Positions 29,403-38,492 of a stretch of 64,000 nt of DNA are shown one piece after another. A program made the translations under genes and the position numbers. The notes below the pieces were generated by a model, which was not told where the DNA came from, searched no databases, and was given only the letters and a program-made list of their open reading frames with translations. Every line of letters starts with the position of its first letter. Position 1 is the stretch's first letter. The stretch covers positions 1 through 64,000 of the forward strand of contig BTVV01000006.1 in the NCBI GenBank assembly GCA_045863855.1, in the 5' to 3' direction. This DNA comes from Planctomycetota bacterium (GTDB lineage Bacteria > Planctomycetota > SZUA-567 > H5-PLA8).

Positions 29403-32400
29403 CTATTTAAGCGCGGCCTGCAGCTTTGCGATACCCTGCGCCACCGTACGTTTGAAGGCTTCCATTTTCTCTGAGCTGAACGGGTTGTCGGCCTTGCCTT
29501 CGCCATCGCGAGCGTCGGCATTCGACTTGCCAAACGTGAGCTGCGCGAGCACGCTGTCGATCGCCGTTTGAAGCGCCTGCGCTTCGGCCGACGCCTTGCC
29601 GGAGGCCTGTGCTTCCTTAATGAGTTTGCCCGCGGCTTCCAGGTAGCGATGGTCCCAGCAACCCGCGCGGATCCATTCCCAGATCGGCGTGCTGCGCAGG
29701 CCGCGCGTGGACGGATACGTCACGCCGTAATGCGCTTCGTTGTGCGACGCAAGATAGAAGTTCCCGTACGTCCCGCCGCCGTTGTAGACCCACTGGAAGA
29801 AGCCCTGAACGCCGTACTTCGTGCGCGCGAAGTACATGTACGTCCCGAAGCTGAAGCGGTTCATGCCGGTGTTGTAGAGCCACAAGCGTCGTCCCGCCTT
29901 GGATACGACCTCGGCATCGCGCGGTGAGTGCAGCCCCGCGCCCCAGGTGTCGATATCGGCCAGCGCTTCGGCCATGCCCGGCGGCGTTTTCGCGGGATCG
30001 CCGAGGTAGCTGCTGTCGAAGGCCACGAAGCGGAAGCCCGGCGCGCTCTCCTGCAGGATGCGGTGATGCTCCGCCAGCTTCGCGGGGACGCTGCCCGGGT
30101 GGACGATGTACTCGTCGTCGGTGCAAAAGGCGATGGGCAGCCAGTTCTTTTCCTTGGCGTGCACGCGCACCGCGTCGAAATAAGCCTTCACCAGTTCGGC
30201 GTAGCTCGACGCGCCCCACTTCTTCGCTTCGGCGGCGTGATCGGTCTGCACGCGCAGCGAGACGCCCGTCCCGATTCCGTAGCCGTTCAGTTCCTGCGTG
30301 AAGCCCGCCGCGCGCGCCAGCTCCATCCAGCGGTCCATGCTGGAGAAATCGATCTCTGCCTTGCCGTTCTCGAACTTCTTGAGTGGGATGGCCACCAGCG
30401 GATCGACGCTGGTCAGGCCGTGCGCGCGCGCATCGGCGAGTATCTCCTTCCACGCCTGCCAATACGATTCGCCCGTGGGGTCCAGGGCCAGGTACGCTTG
30501 CGATGGCCCCATCATGAACATACCCATCGGGAACGACGGCTCGGGGAGCTTCAATCCCCAGACCTTGAGCGAGACGGGAACTTTCAGCTCGGGAAATTGA
30601 GCGCCGGACAGCGCCAGTTCGCCCGCGTAGGAGCCGGTTTCGGCGTCCTCGGGCAGCTCGAACGTGATCCAGAAGGAGCGCGTCACGCCGGGGCGCAGTT
30701 CGACGGGACGCACGGAAACTTCATCCAGGTACTTCGGTGTGATCACATAGACGGCGGTCCGGTTCAGCGCCTTGTAGCGCAGCACACGCACCTTCGCGGC
30801 CAGCGTCTTGCCCGAATGCGCGTGCTTCACCGTGCAACTCGCGCGCTCGATCGCGCCAAGGTTCTTGAGCGGCAGCAATCCGAAGCAGCCGTTTACGGGC
30901 TCGCCCGGCGCGCCGGCCAAGTCCAGCGCGGTGCGCTTGGCTTCTTCCGCGCTGGGCTGCGAATTCACTTCGACGATCCGGTCGGACGCATGCACGAAAG
31001 GCACGTACCCGCGCGCCTTCTCTTCGGTCGAGGTTTCGTACGCGGGCCCTGCCGGAGGCAGCTTTTCGACGTGCTGCGCCTGGAACTGGTCCTTGCGGAA
31101 CCCGTCGAAGCCGGCCAGCCAGCGCTCCGCGTCGTTGGCGCTATCCTTTGGCCAGATCGCCAAGCCGTTGAGCATCACGCTCCACCACGCGCCTTCGAAA
31201 TCGAGCTTGAGCTGCCCGCCGGTTACTTGGACTTCGAAGCGTTGCGGCATGAACAGTTTGGCGATGTACTTCTCGTACAGATCGTCGCCGGGCAGGTCCT
31301 CCTCATCCTGGAAGCGATGCTCGTAGGCCTTGAAGCTTTCTGCGTTGAAGATCTGCTCGACGACCGTCTTCCCATTGGCGCGGACGACGCGGCGTTCGAA
31401 GGTCTGCCCCCAGCCATTCCCCGGCGCGCCGAGCATCAGCCAGACGCCGTAGGTTCCGTCGGGCAGATCGATTGCGAAGCTCGCGTTCGTGGGCTGGCAG
31501 AAATCGCGGCACAGATCGTCCGCCGGCCGGTGCCGGCCCAGCACCTCGTTGATGTCGAAGTCGCGCCCGAACTGCCCGCCGGGCAGCCAGCCGAAGCCTT
31601 TGCCCGCCGCGTACGCGTCCTCGCGCGAGACCTTCGTGAACGCCGGCATCACCGCGGCGTTTTGCGGGCCGAAGTCGAAGCGCTTCAAGCCCGCGACGGG
31701 AATCTCCTCGACGCCCTTCACCAGCCGCACGTTGTCGATGAAGATCGTGGCTCGATCCACCGCCAGGTTGAATTTCTTGATCTCCTTCACCTCGATGGAC
31801 TTACCGCCGTTGGGGCCGGTCATGCCCCCGACCGAAAGGCGCAGCGTGTTCAGCCCCGGCTTGAGCATGCGTTCCCAGTTGTGGCGGTCCCAGTAGCCGG
31901 CGTTCACGTCCTTGGCCCGGATCCAGCCGCTGACGCCCACCGGTTTGTCCGATGGATTAAAGATATCGATCGCCAACGTGTCGTAGCTGCTCCAGTCGGC
32001 TTCGAAGCCGCTGAACTGCACGTTTCCCGCCGGCGCGCGGCTTTCCAGCTTCAGCGCCTGCTTTCCTTCCGTGGCATGCTCGGCGGCGGGCGCCATCGAA
32101 GACTTGCCTTTGAAGTCCTCGGGATAGTCTTCCAATTCGATCTTGCCCGGGTCCGAACCTTCGAACGAATAGAGCACCTTCGTCTCGAAGCTTCCGGTGC
32201 CCTTCACGAGCCGCGCGTGATCCAGGTAGATCGTTGCCGGTGACTTCGGATCGTCGCTCGCGAACTGAATCGCGATCATCTCCAGGTTCTTGAGATCCAA
32301 CGCGCCCTTGCCGTTCTGGCGGTTCAGGAGCCCGAGCGAGAAGGCGAGCTTGCGTTTGCCCGGTTGCAGCGTGAACTCGTAGTTGTACCGCGTCCACCAG

Positions 32401-32741
32401 TCCTTCCCATCCTTGTCGCGGATAAAGCCCGCGACCTTGACCGCGCCGCCTTCGACGAAGACGTCGTACACCAGTTGGTCGTACTCGCCCCACTTCCCGG
32501 CGTAATTGGTCCCCGCAAAAAAGAAGACGTTGGGCGAGAAGGGCTGGTCGAGCTTCACCTTTCCCGCGAACTTCCCCTGCGTCGCGTGGTCCGGTACGCA
32601 TTCGATCCGCTCTGGAAATTCGAACGCCTGCTGCCGCGATTCGAAATCGAAGAGCAGCGCTTCCTGTTCGCTTGCGCCAAGTCCGGCGGCGGCCGGCAGC
32701 AGCACGGTGAGCAGGAAGGCGAAGCGAGTCATGGCGGTCAT
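29403..32741 (-). CDS. Large secreted modular glycoside hydrolase-like protein (tandem CBM-like domains plus GH123/DUF4091-like barrel)
   Basis: Signal peptide; two repeated beta-sandwich units; RFDFG domain; SFWIT..P..A..G.Y.G; DDE; LWLYN; GFFQW; WEWIRAG..D.RYL. ATG 32741 after AGGAG. Confidence 0.7.
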   Translation of the reverse strand: MTAMTRFAFLLTVLLPAAAGLGASEQEALLFDFESRQQAFEFPERIECVPDHATQGKFAGKVKLDQPFSPNVFFFAGTNYAGKWGEYDQLVYDVFVEGGAVKVAGFIRDKDGKDWWTRYNYEFTLQPGKRKLAFSLGLLNRQNGKGALDLKNLEMIAIQFASDDPKSPATIYLDHARLVKGTGSFETKVLYSFEGSDPGKIELEDYPEDFKGKSSMAPAAEHATEGKQALKLESRAPAGNVQFSGFEADWSSYDTLAIDIFNPSDKPVGVSGWIRAKDVNAGYWDRHNWERMLKPGLNTLRLSVGGMTGPNGGKSIEVKEIKKFNLAVDRATIFIDNVRLVKGVEEIPVAGLKRFDFGPQNAAVMPAFTKVSREDAYAAGKGFGWLPGGQFGRDFDINEVLGRHRPADDLCRDFCQPTNASFAIDLPDGTYGVWLMLGAPGNGWGQTFERRVVRANGKTVVEQIFNAESFKAYEHRFQDEEDLPGDDLYEKYIAKLFMPQRFEVQVTGGQLKLDFEGAWWSVMLNGLAIWPKDSANDAERWLAGFDGFRKDQFQAQHVEKLPPAGPAYETSTEEKARGYVPFVHASDRIVEVNSQPSAEEAKRTALDLAGAPGEPVNGCFGLLPLKNLGAIERASCTVKHAHSGKTLAAKVRVLRYKALNRTAVYVITPKYLDEVSVRPVELRPGVTRSFWITFELPEDAETGSYAGELALSGAQFPELKVPVSLKVWGLKLPEPSFPMGMFMMGPSQAYLALDPTGESYWQAWKEILADARAHGLTSVDPLVAIPLKKFENGKAEIDFSSMDRWMELARAAGFTQELNGYGIGTGVSLRVQTDHAAEAKKWGASSYAELVKAYFDAVRVHAKEKNWLPIAFCTDDEYIVHPGSVPAKLAEHHRILQESAPGFRFVAFDSSYLGDPAKTPPGMAEALADIDTWGAGLHSPRDAEVVSKAGRRLWLYNTGMNRFSFGTYMYFARTKYGVQGFFQWVYNGGGTYGNFYLASHNEAHYGVTYPSTRGLRSTPIWEWIRAGCWDHRYLEAAGKLIKEAQASGKASAEAQALQTAIDSVLAQLTFGKSNADARDGEGKADNPFSSEKMEAFKRTVAQGIAKLQAALK

Positions 32742-32781
32742 AGGCAACTCCTATAAGGTAAGACCCGAATCCCGAATTCGT

Positions 32782-33930
32782 TCACGTGGCGCGCGGAACG
32801 GCCAAGCTCTCGCGGCCGACAAAAGAGACGGGGAACACCTCGCGCCGCGCAAGCAGTTCCGGCCGGGCGATGCGCTCGCGCAGCAGACGCACCGCCGCCG
32901 CGCCGGAGGGTTCCAACTCCATGTGTACCGACGAAAGCCCCGGCGAAGAAAAGTAGCCCATCTCGCCGAAGCCCACGATGCTGATGTCTTCGGGCACGCG
33001 TAAGCCGGCATCTTTCGCCGCGGCCAGCGCGCCCAAAGCCATCTCGTCGGTCGTGCAGGCCAAGGCCGTGGGCGGCGGACCGGCGCAAAAGAGCCGCGCA
33101 GCGCAGTCGTACGCTTGTCGTCCGCTCGGCGGAACCGGCATCAGGCGCTCGGGCAAAAGGTCGATCCCGCGCGACCGGAACGCGCGCTCGAAGCCGGCCT
33201 TGCGGTCGGCGGCGATCTCGCCCAGTACCGCGCTGCGCGGATCGTCGCTCGATGCATGCACGAAAAACGCGGCGTCGCGGTGACCCAGATCCAGCAAGGC
33301 CGAAGCCGCGAGGTATCCGCCTTCCTCGTTGGCGTGCGTCACGAAATCGAAGGCCGCCGGATGCGACGGCATCGCGCAGTCGTACAACACCGTCGGCTTG
33401 CCCGTTCCCAGCAGCGCATACAGCGTGGGGCGGTCGGTGATGCCGATTACGATCACACCGCTTAAGTCCGCTTCGTGCGCAAGGCGGAGCGCCAAGTCGT
33501 CGGCGTGCTTTTCTAACAGCGGGCGCATGCCCAGCGAAACGCCGGCGCCGCATTCCAAGTGCATGCCTTGCAGCACACGTGCGTAAAATAATCCATCGCG
33601 AGCGTCGATCCGCTCGCCGCGAATCACGAGCCCCACCTTGCTCGCCGCACCAAGTGCTGCTATGGGCGGCAACTCGGGTGGCGCGGGCTCCGCGCCAGGA
33701 CGCCTCACGAACGTCCCGCGCCCGGAGATCCGCTGCAACAAGCCTTCTTCCGTCAGCTCGACCAGCGCCCGCCGGACCGTCATCCGGCTTAAACCCAGCT
33801 CGTCCGCCAAGCTCCGTTCGTCCGGAATCGGCTGGTCAGCCAGAAAGCGCCCGGCCAGAATTTCACGCTTCAAGCTTTCCTTGACCTGGAGGTAAAGCGG
33901 CATTGGGTCATCGCGGCGCAAGCTGATCAT
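32782..33930 (-). CDS. GntR-HTH plus LacI-type effector domain regulator (AraR-like architecture)
   Basis: [63 protein letters not shown]. Confidence 0.93.
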   Translation of the reverse strand: MISLRRDDPMPLYLQVKESLKREILAGRFLADQPIPDERSLADELGLSRMTVRRALVELTEEGLLQRISGRGTFVRRPGAEPAPPELPPIAALGAASKVGLVIRGERIDARDGLFYARVLQGMHLECGAGVSLGMRPLLEKHADDLALRLAHEADLSGVIVIGITDRPTLYALLGTGKPTVLYDCAMPSHPAAFDFVTHANEEGGYLAASALLDLGHRDAAFFVHASSDDPRSAVLGEIAADRKAGFERAFRSRGIDLLPERLMPVPPSGRQAYDCAARLFCAGPPPTALACTTDEMALGALAAAKDAGLRVPEDISIVGFGEMGYFSSPGLSSVHMELEPSGAAAVRLLRERIARPELLARREVFPVSFVGRESLAVPRAT

Positions 33931-34007
33931 AGACCGGAATACACCCGACTATACCAGGATGTCAATAATTTCGATATTTCACGTAACCTATTTAACTATA
34001 TACACTT

Positions 34008-34035
34008 AAAAAGAAAGCCTCCCGCGAAGGGAGGC
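34008..34035 (-). terminator. Rho-independent terminator
   Basis: GCCTCCC-GCGAA-GGGAGGC stem-loop (34017-34035) followed by TTTCTTTTT on the minus strand, downstream of the small ORF. Confidence 0.8.
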
Positions 34036-34062
34036 ATTCAAGAACATGGGAAAAGCAAGAGC

Positions 34063-34278
34063 TTAGTTTGCACAGGCGCTCGCACCGGTTTCCTGGACCG
34101 CCTTAAGCGTCTCGACCAGCAACTCCCGCCGCCGCCGCTCACGCTCCAAGCGATCCGTATCCGCGCCTTCGTTCCGCATGCGCTCCAAACGCATATCCAC
34201 CACTTCACAGACCGTGTGCAGCATCCGCACCGTATCCTCTACCGTCCGCAGTTTCGTGATCGTCTTCATAGTCTGCAT
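34063..34278 (-). CDS. Small helical hypothetical protein
   Basis: About 70-aa ORF with SD GGGAGG (best ATG 34269) and its own terminator. Confidence 0.6.
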   Translation of the reverse strand: MQTMKTITKLRTVEDTVRMLHTVCEVVDMRLERMRNEGADTDRLERERRRRELLVETLKAVQETGASACAN

Positions 34279-34508
34279 CCTCCCGGTTGATTATCGACAG
34301 CGCCGGGTTCGCACTTCACTTCGTTCAACGTTCTTGGCCTTGAAAGCCTTCGATCAAAGTATGGCTTCGGCTCAAGACTCTATTCCTTTTAACGAAACGA
34401 ACCCTTTCGCAGTCACGCATCGAATTCTTGCACGCGTGCAGGACTCTTTTAAGCCTCTTTGGCGAGCGCGGCGCTCTACAAATCAGTGACGTACGTAAGC
34501 GTACTGGC

Positions 34509-34524
34509 TTGAATGTATTTTCAA
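34509..34524 (+). promoter_or_regulatory. ARG-box-like palindrome upstream of argG
   Basis: TTGAATGTATTTTCAA, one mismatch to TGAAT-N4-ATTCA. Confidence 0.4.
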
Positions 34525-34651
34525 TCATGCGGCGATCGGCGCTCGATGCGGTCTGGGGCCACTTGCGGCGCGCCCGAGGCCCGGTAACCTGATCCGCTTT
34601 CCCGCCGTGTGCGCCTGACGCTGCGGTGGGCTTCGCGAAAGGACTCCTGTC

Positions 34652-35866
34652 ATGGCCGAGAAGTGCATTCTCCTTTACTCCGGCGGGCTCGATACGAGCG
34701 TCATCGTTCACTGGCTGGCGCAGAAGGGGTACGAAGTCGTCTGCGTGACCATCGACGTCGGTCAGCAGGAAGACATCCAGTTCGAGAAGAAAGCGCTCGG
34801 CAGCGGTGCGTCGAAGTTCATGATCCGCGACATCACCGAGGAGTTCGTCAAGCAGGGCGTCTATCAGTGCATTCGCGCGCAGGCCAAATACGAAGGACGC
34901 TACCTGCTCGGGACGAGCATCGCGCGCCCGTTCATGATCAAGGCCATCTGCGATGTGGCCAAAGCCGAAGGCACGTCCGTCATCGCGCACGGCGCGACGG
35001 GCAAAGGCAACGACCAGTGCCGCTTCGAGTTGGCCGCGTATGCGCTGGTGCCCGGCGCGAAGATTATCGCGCCTTGGCGCGACGCCGAATTCCGCAAGCT
35101 CATCCCCGGTCGCAAAGAAGCCATCGAGTACGCCGCCAAGCACGGCATTCCGATCCAGGCCAGCGCCTCCAAGCCCTGGTCCACCGATCCGAACATCCAG
35201 CACCGCAGCCACGAGGCCGGCGAACTGGAAGATCCGTGGCTGCGCCCGCGCGACGAGATGTACCAACTCGTCACGCCGCCCGCAAAAGCGCCGGACAAGA
35301 CCGAGACGGTGGAGATCGAATTCGAACGCGGCTACCCGGTGGGCTTGAACGGCAAGCTGCTCGAGCCCGTGGCGCTGCTCAACGAATTGAACACCATCGC
35401 CGGGCGCAACGGGGTGGGGATCGTCGATATGGTCGAGAACCGCTTCGTGGGCATGAAAAGCCGTGGAGTCTACGAAGCCCCCGGGGCGACGGTGCTGTAC
35501 GAAGCGCACCGCGATCTTGAAGGCATCACCCAAGACCGCAAGGTCGCTCAAATCCGCGACGGCCTGATCCCGACGTACGCGCAGCTCGTCTACGACGGCT
35601 TCTGGTTCCATCCGGCCAAGGAATGCCTGGACGCGCTGATCGACGAATCGCAGCGCCACGTGACCGGCACGGTGAAGCTCGAACTTTACAAGGGCGGCGT
35701 GCGTACGGTGGGCCGCAAGAGTCCCCACAGCCTCTACGACGAATCGGTCGCGACGATGGAAGGCGGCGGGAGCTACAACCAGGACGACGCGACCGGATTC
35801 CTGCGCATCCAGGGTCTGCCCACGCGCATCCAGGCGCAGATTCGCGCGCGCGGAACCAAGCGCTAA
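34652..35866 (+). CDS. argG: Argininosuccinate synthase
   Basis: YSGGLDTS, YLLGTSIARP, HGATGKGNDQ.RFE, ENRFVGMKSRGVYEAPG. Confidence 0.98.
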   Translation: MAEKCILLYSGGLDTSVIVHWLAQKGYEVVCVTIDVGQQEDIQFEKKALGSGASKFMIRDITEEFVKQGVYQCIRAQAKYEGRYLLGTSIARPFMIKAICDVAKAEGTSVIAHGATGKGNDQCRFELAAYALVPGAKIIAPWRDAEFRKLIPGRKEAIEYAAKHGIPIQASASKPWSTDPNIQHRSHEAGELEDPWLRPRDEMYQLVTPPAKAPDKTETVEIEFERGYPVGLNGKLLEPVALLNELNTIAGRNGVGIVDMVENRFVGMKSRGVYEAPGATVLYEAHRDLEGITQDRKVAQIRDGLIPTYAQLVYDGFWFHPAKECLDALIDESQRHVTGTVKLELYKGGVRTVGRKSPHSLYDESVATMEGGGSYNQDDATGFLRIQGLPTRIQAQIRARGTKR

Positions 35867-35949
35867 GCGCGGCGTCGAAACCAAGCCACGTTTAATGTCC
35901 ATAAAGCTCCGCGGGCGACCACCGCGGAGTTTTCATTTGGCGCGTGGAT

Positions 35950-37692
35950 TCATGACGTAGGCGGGGTCTTGCGCAGCAGGTCGATTCGCCCGCGATGATA
36001 GACCCATCCGTACAGCCCGTAGAACAACAGCGGACCCAGGTGCAGGCCCCCCAGCGCCAGAAGCAAGTGCGTCCATTCGTTCGAGTACAGGAAAAAGATG
36101 GCACCGGCCAGACCCATTCCGATGGGCAACACGGCGATAAACAAGATCGTCAAGTTGGTGAAGCTTAGTGACTCCAGATCGTCCGTCCCGCCCGCAAAGC
36201 GCATCGTCGCGATCAGCGGTTGAAAGGCCAGGGCGATCCAGACCGCCTTCACGGCCACCAGCGCGCCGCTCAGCGCCGTGCCGCCCCAATAGTTGGAGTT
36301 GATCGCCCAGCTTGCCGCATGGACCGTGGCCAAGGGGAGCCAGAAAAGCGCGCGCAGAGTCGCGGTCTTTATGAAGATCCTCGACATCTGCGCGTACCCC
36401 ACCGGATAGAAGCTGTGGCGCGGCCCGAACTGATTCCCGCAAGGCAGCATGGCGAAGCCGCAGTCGTAACCGCCCGAAATGCCGAAGGCCCAGAGCGTCG
36501 CCAAGATTGCCGGAAGCAGGTGCACCCATCCCGGCAGCCAAGGCGCAAGCCAGATCAAGGCCACGCCCAAGACGGTCAGTGCCGCTGCGAACCGCCAGCC
36601 GCCGGTCCATGAAGGCGGGGCGCCCTCCATGAAGGCCGCGATGGTACGCTCGCGCGGTGTGAACCAGCGCCCGGCGCAGCGTTCGATAAATCCCAATTCC
36701 TCCCAGCGCCAGCCCGGCGCACGCAACATTTCACGTGCCGAGGCTTCGCAGGCCGCCTCGTACTCCGTTCGCAAGAGCGCGCGTGCGGCGTCGCGGTCGG
36801 CTTCGAGCACACGCGCTTCAAGTTCCGGTATCTCTTTATCCGGCGGCGGATCGAGGCGCGCATCCAGGTTCGCGTCGAGATGGCTTTCCGCCGTGGCCTG
36901 CGAGATCGCCCGGTCCAGGGGCATCTCGTATTGCCGCGCGGCCCAATGCAGCGCCGGACCGCATGCGTAGATCAGCAGGATCGCCGGAATCGTCGCCAGG
37001 ACGGCCCAGGGATCGCCGCCCAGCACGCCCTCCAACAACGCCATGTTGGTCCAGCCGGCCGGAACGGCCAATTGTGCCATGGGCGGCAATTGCGGCAGAA
37101 AGGAGCTGCGGAATACGAACATCACCCATGCGCCGACGCTTAGAATGCCGCCGGCCAGCCCCAAAGGCCAATGCGGCACGAACGCCGCGGCCATGGCCGC
37201 CAGCGCGACGACGCATTCGCCCTGCAGCCAAGCCAGCATCGGCACCGCCAGCCAGCGCCAGCCGTTCAGGCCGGCGACCAGCCCTGTTACCGTGTAGGCC
37301 GCGGCGAATACGAACGCATAGCCCCAGGCTTGCCGCCGCGTCCGCGCCCATTGATACATGAAGAAATCCCGGTCGCGCATGGGCAACGCCGCCAGCGCGA
37401 CGAACTCCGGGCCTCCGCCCAGCCGGCCGAGCAGGTCATGGGCTTGGCGCAGCGCCTGACCGGTGGTCCACATCGCGATCAGCAGCAGGACGCCCGGCAT
37501 CGCATTGGGTTCGTGCACGGCGGCGAACAAGAACAGGAGTGCGAACAGCCACCACAGCCAAGCGCCTTGAATCGTGCGCCGATGCGCCTTGCGTACGCGC
37601 TTGTATTCGCGCCAGAGTTCGGACGAATCGCGCAGCGCCGTACGCGCCGCAGCGCGCAGCCGCTTCCGAAGCGCCCGATCGGACAGATTCAA
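35950..37692 (-). CDS. Polytopic membrane protein, probable ABC permease
   Basis: Two clusters of about 6 TM helices around a soluble loop; TTG 37692 overlaps the ATPase stop (TTGA). Confidence 0.65.
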   Translation of the reverse strand: MNLSDRALRKRLRAAARTALRDSSELWREYKRVRKAHRRTIQGAWLWWLFALLFLFAAVHEPNAMPGVLLLIAMWTTGQALRQAHDLLGRLGGGPEFVALAALPMRDRDFFMYQWARTRRQAWGYAFVFAAAYTVTGLVAGLNGWRWLAVPMLAWLQGECVVALAAMAAAFVPHWPLGLAGGILSVGAWVMFVFRSSFLPQLPPMAQLAVPAGWTNMALLEGVLGGDPWAVLATIPAILLIYACGPALHWAARQYEMPLDRAISQATAESHLDANLDARLDPPPDKEIPELEARVLEADRDAARALLRTEYEAACEASAREMLRAPGWRWEELGFIERCAGRWFTPRERTIAAFMEGAPPSWTGGWRFAAALTVLGVALIWLAPWLPGWVHLLPAILATLWAFGISGGYDCGFAMLPCGNQFGPRHSFYPVGYAQMSRIFIKTATLRALFWLPLATVHAASWAINSNYWGGTALSGALVAVKAVWIALAFQPLIATMRFAGGTDDLESLSFTNLTILFIAVLPIGMGLAGAIFFLYSNEWTHLLLALGGLHLGPLLFYGLYGWVYHRGRIDLLRKTPPTS

Positions 37693-38432
37693 GCGTCGCC
37701 GTCCTCTGCGCGCAGCCGCGCGAACAGATCTTCGAGCACGCCTCCGTTCGAGCCCATGGCGGCGCGCAGCGCTTCGAGCCGGTCGAAGGCGCGCACCTGG
37801 CCCTTGTGGATGACGCAGACCCGGTCGGAGAACGCCTCGGCGAGATCCAGAAGTTGCGTGGTGTAGAGCACGGTTCGCCCGCGCTTGGCCGCTTCGCGTG
37901 AGGCGCGCTTGAAGCTGGAAATTCCATGCGGATCCATGCCGCTCGCGAACGGCTCGTCCAGCAACCACAACTCGGGGTCCACCGCCAGCAGTCCCGCAAG
38001 GGCCGATTTGTAAGCTTGCCCGCGCGAGAGCGCCTGCGCCGGCGCGTCGATCAGGGGCAGAAGGTCGAAATCCTTGAGCAGTCCGACGATGCGATCTTCC
38101 CAGCCCGGCTGCGCATCGGCTTCGTACAGTTTAAGAACGGAAGTAAGGTGGTGGATCAGCGTTCCGCCAGGCACCAGCGGCGGGAAATCGGGCAAAAAGA
38201 AGAACTTCCGGCGCAGATCCAGACGGTCGCGCGCGAATCGTTCGCCATCGTAGCGAATCATTCCGCGATCGGGTGCGGCGATGCCGGCCAGGCAGCGCAG
38301 CAGGGTGGTTTTACCGGCCCCGTTGAGTCCGAGGACGGCCACGATCTGTCCCGGCTCGATCTCGAGGTCGACATCGGCCAGCGCGTTCAGCCCGCCGTAG
38401 CGTTTGGACAGGCCGATCAGTTCGATCCGCAT
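37689..38432 (-). CDS. ABC transporter ATP-binding protein (ABC-2 exporter type)
   Basis: GLNGAGKTT, LSRGQ, LLDEPFASGMDP. Confidence 0.93.
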   Translation of the reverse strand: MRIELIGLSKRYGGLNALADVDLEIEPGQIVAVLGLNGAGKTTLLRCLAGIAAPDRGMIRYDGERFARDRLDLRRKFFFLPDFPPLVPGGTLIHHLTSVLKLYEADAQPGWEDRIVGLLKDFDLLPLIDAPAQALSRGQAYKSALAGLLAVDPELWLLDEPFASGMDPHGISSFKRASREAAKRGRTVLYTTQLLDLAEAFSDRVCVIHKGQVRAFDRLEALRAAMGSNGGVLEDLFARLRAEDGDA

Positions 38433-38492
38433 GCCTTCGGTTATCGGCTCGAAGCGCGTCCGGTCAAGCGCGGCCTTCGAACCGCTCGGGCC

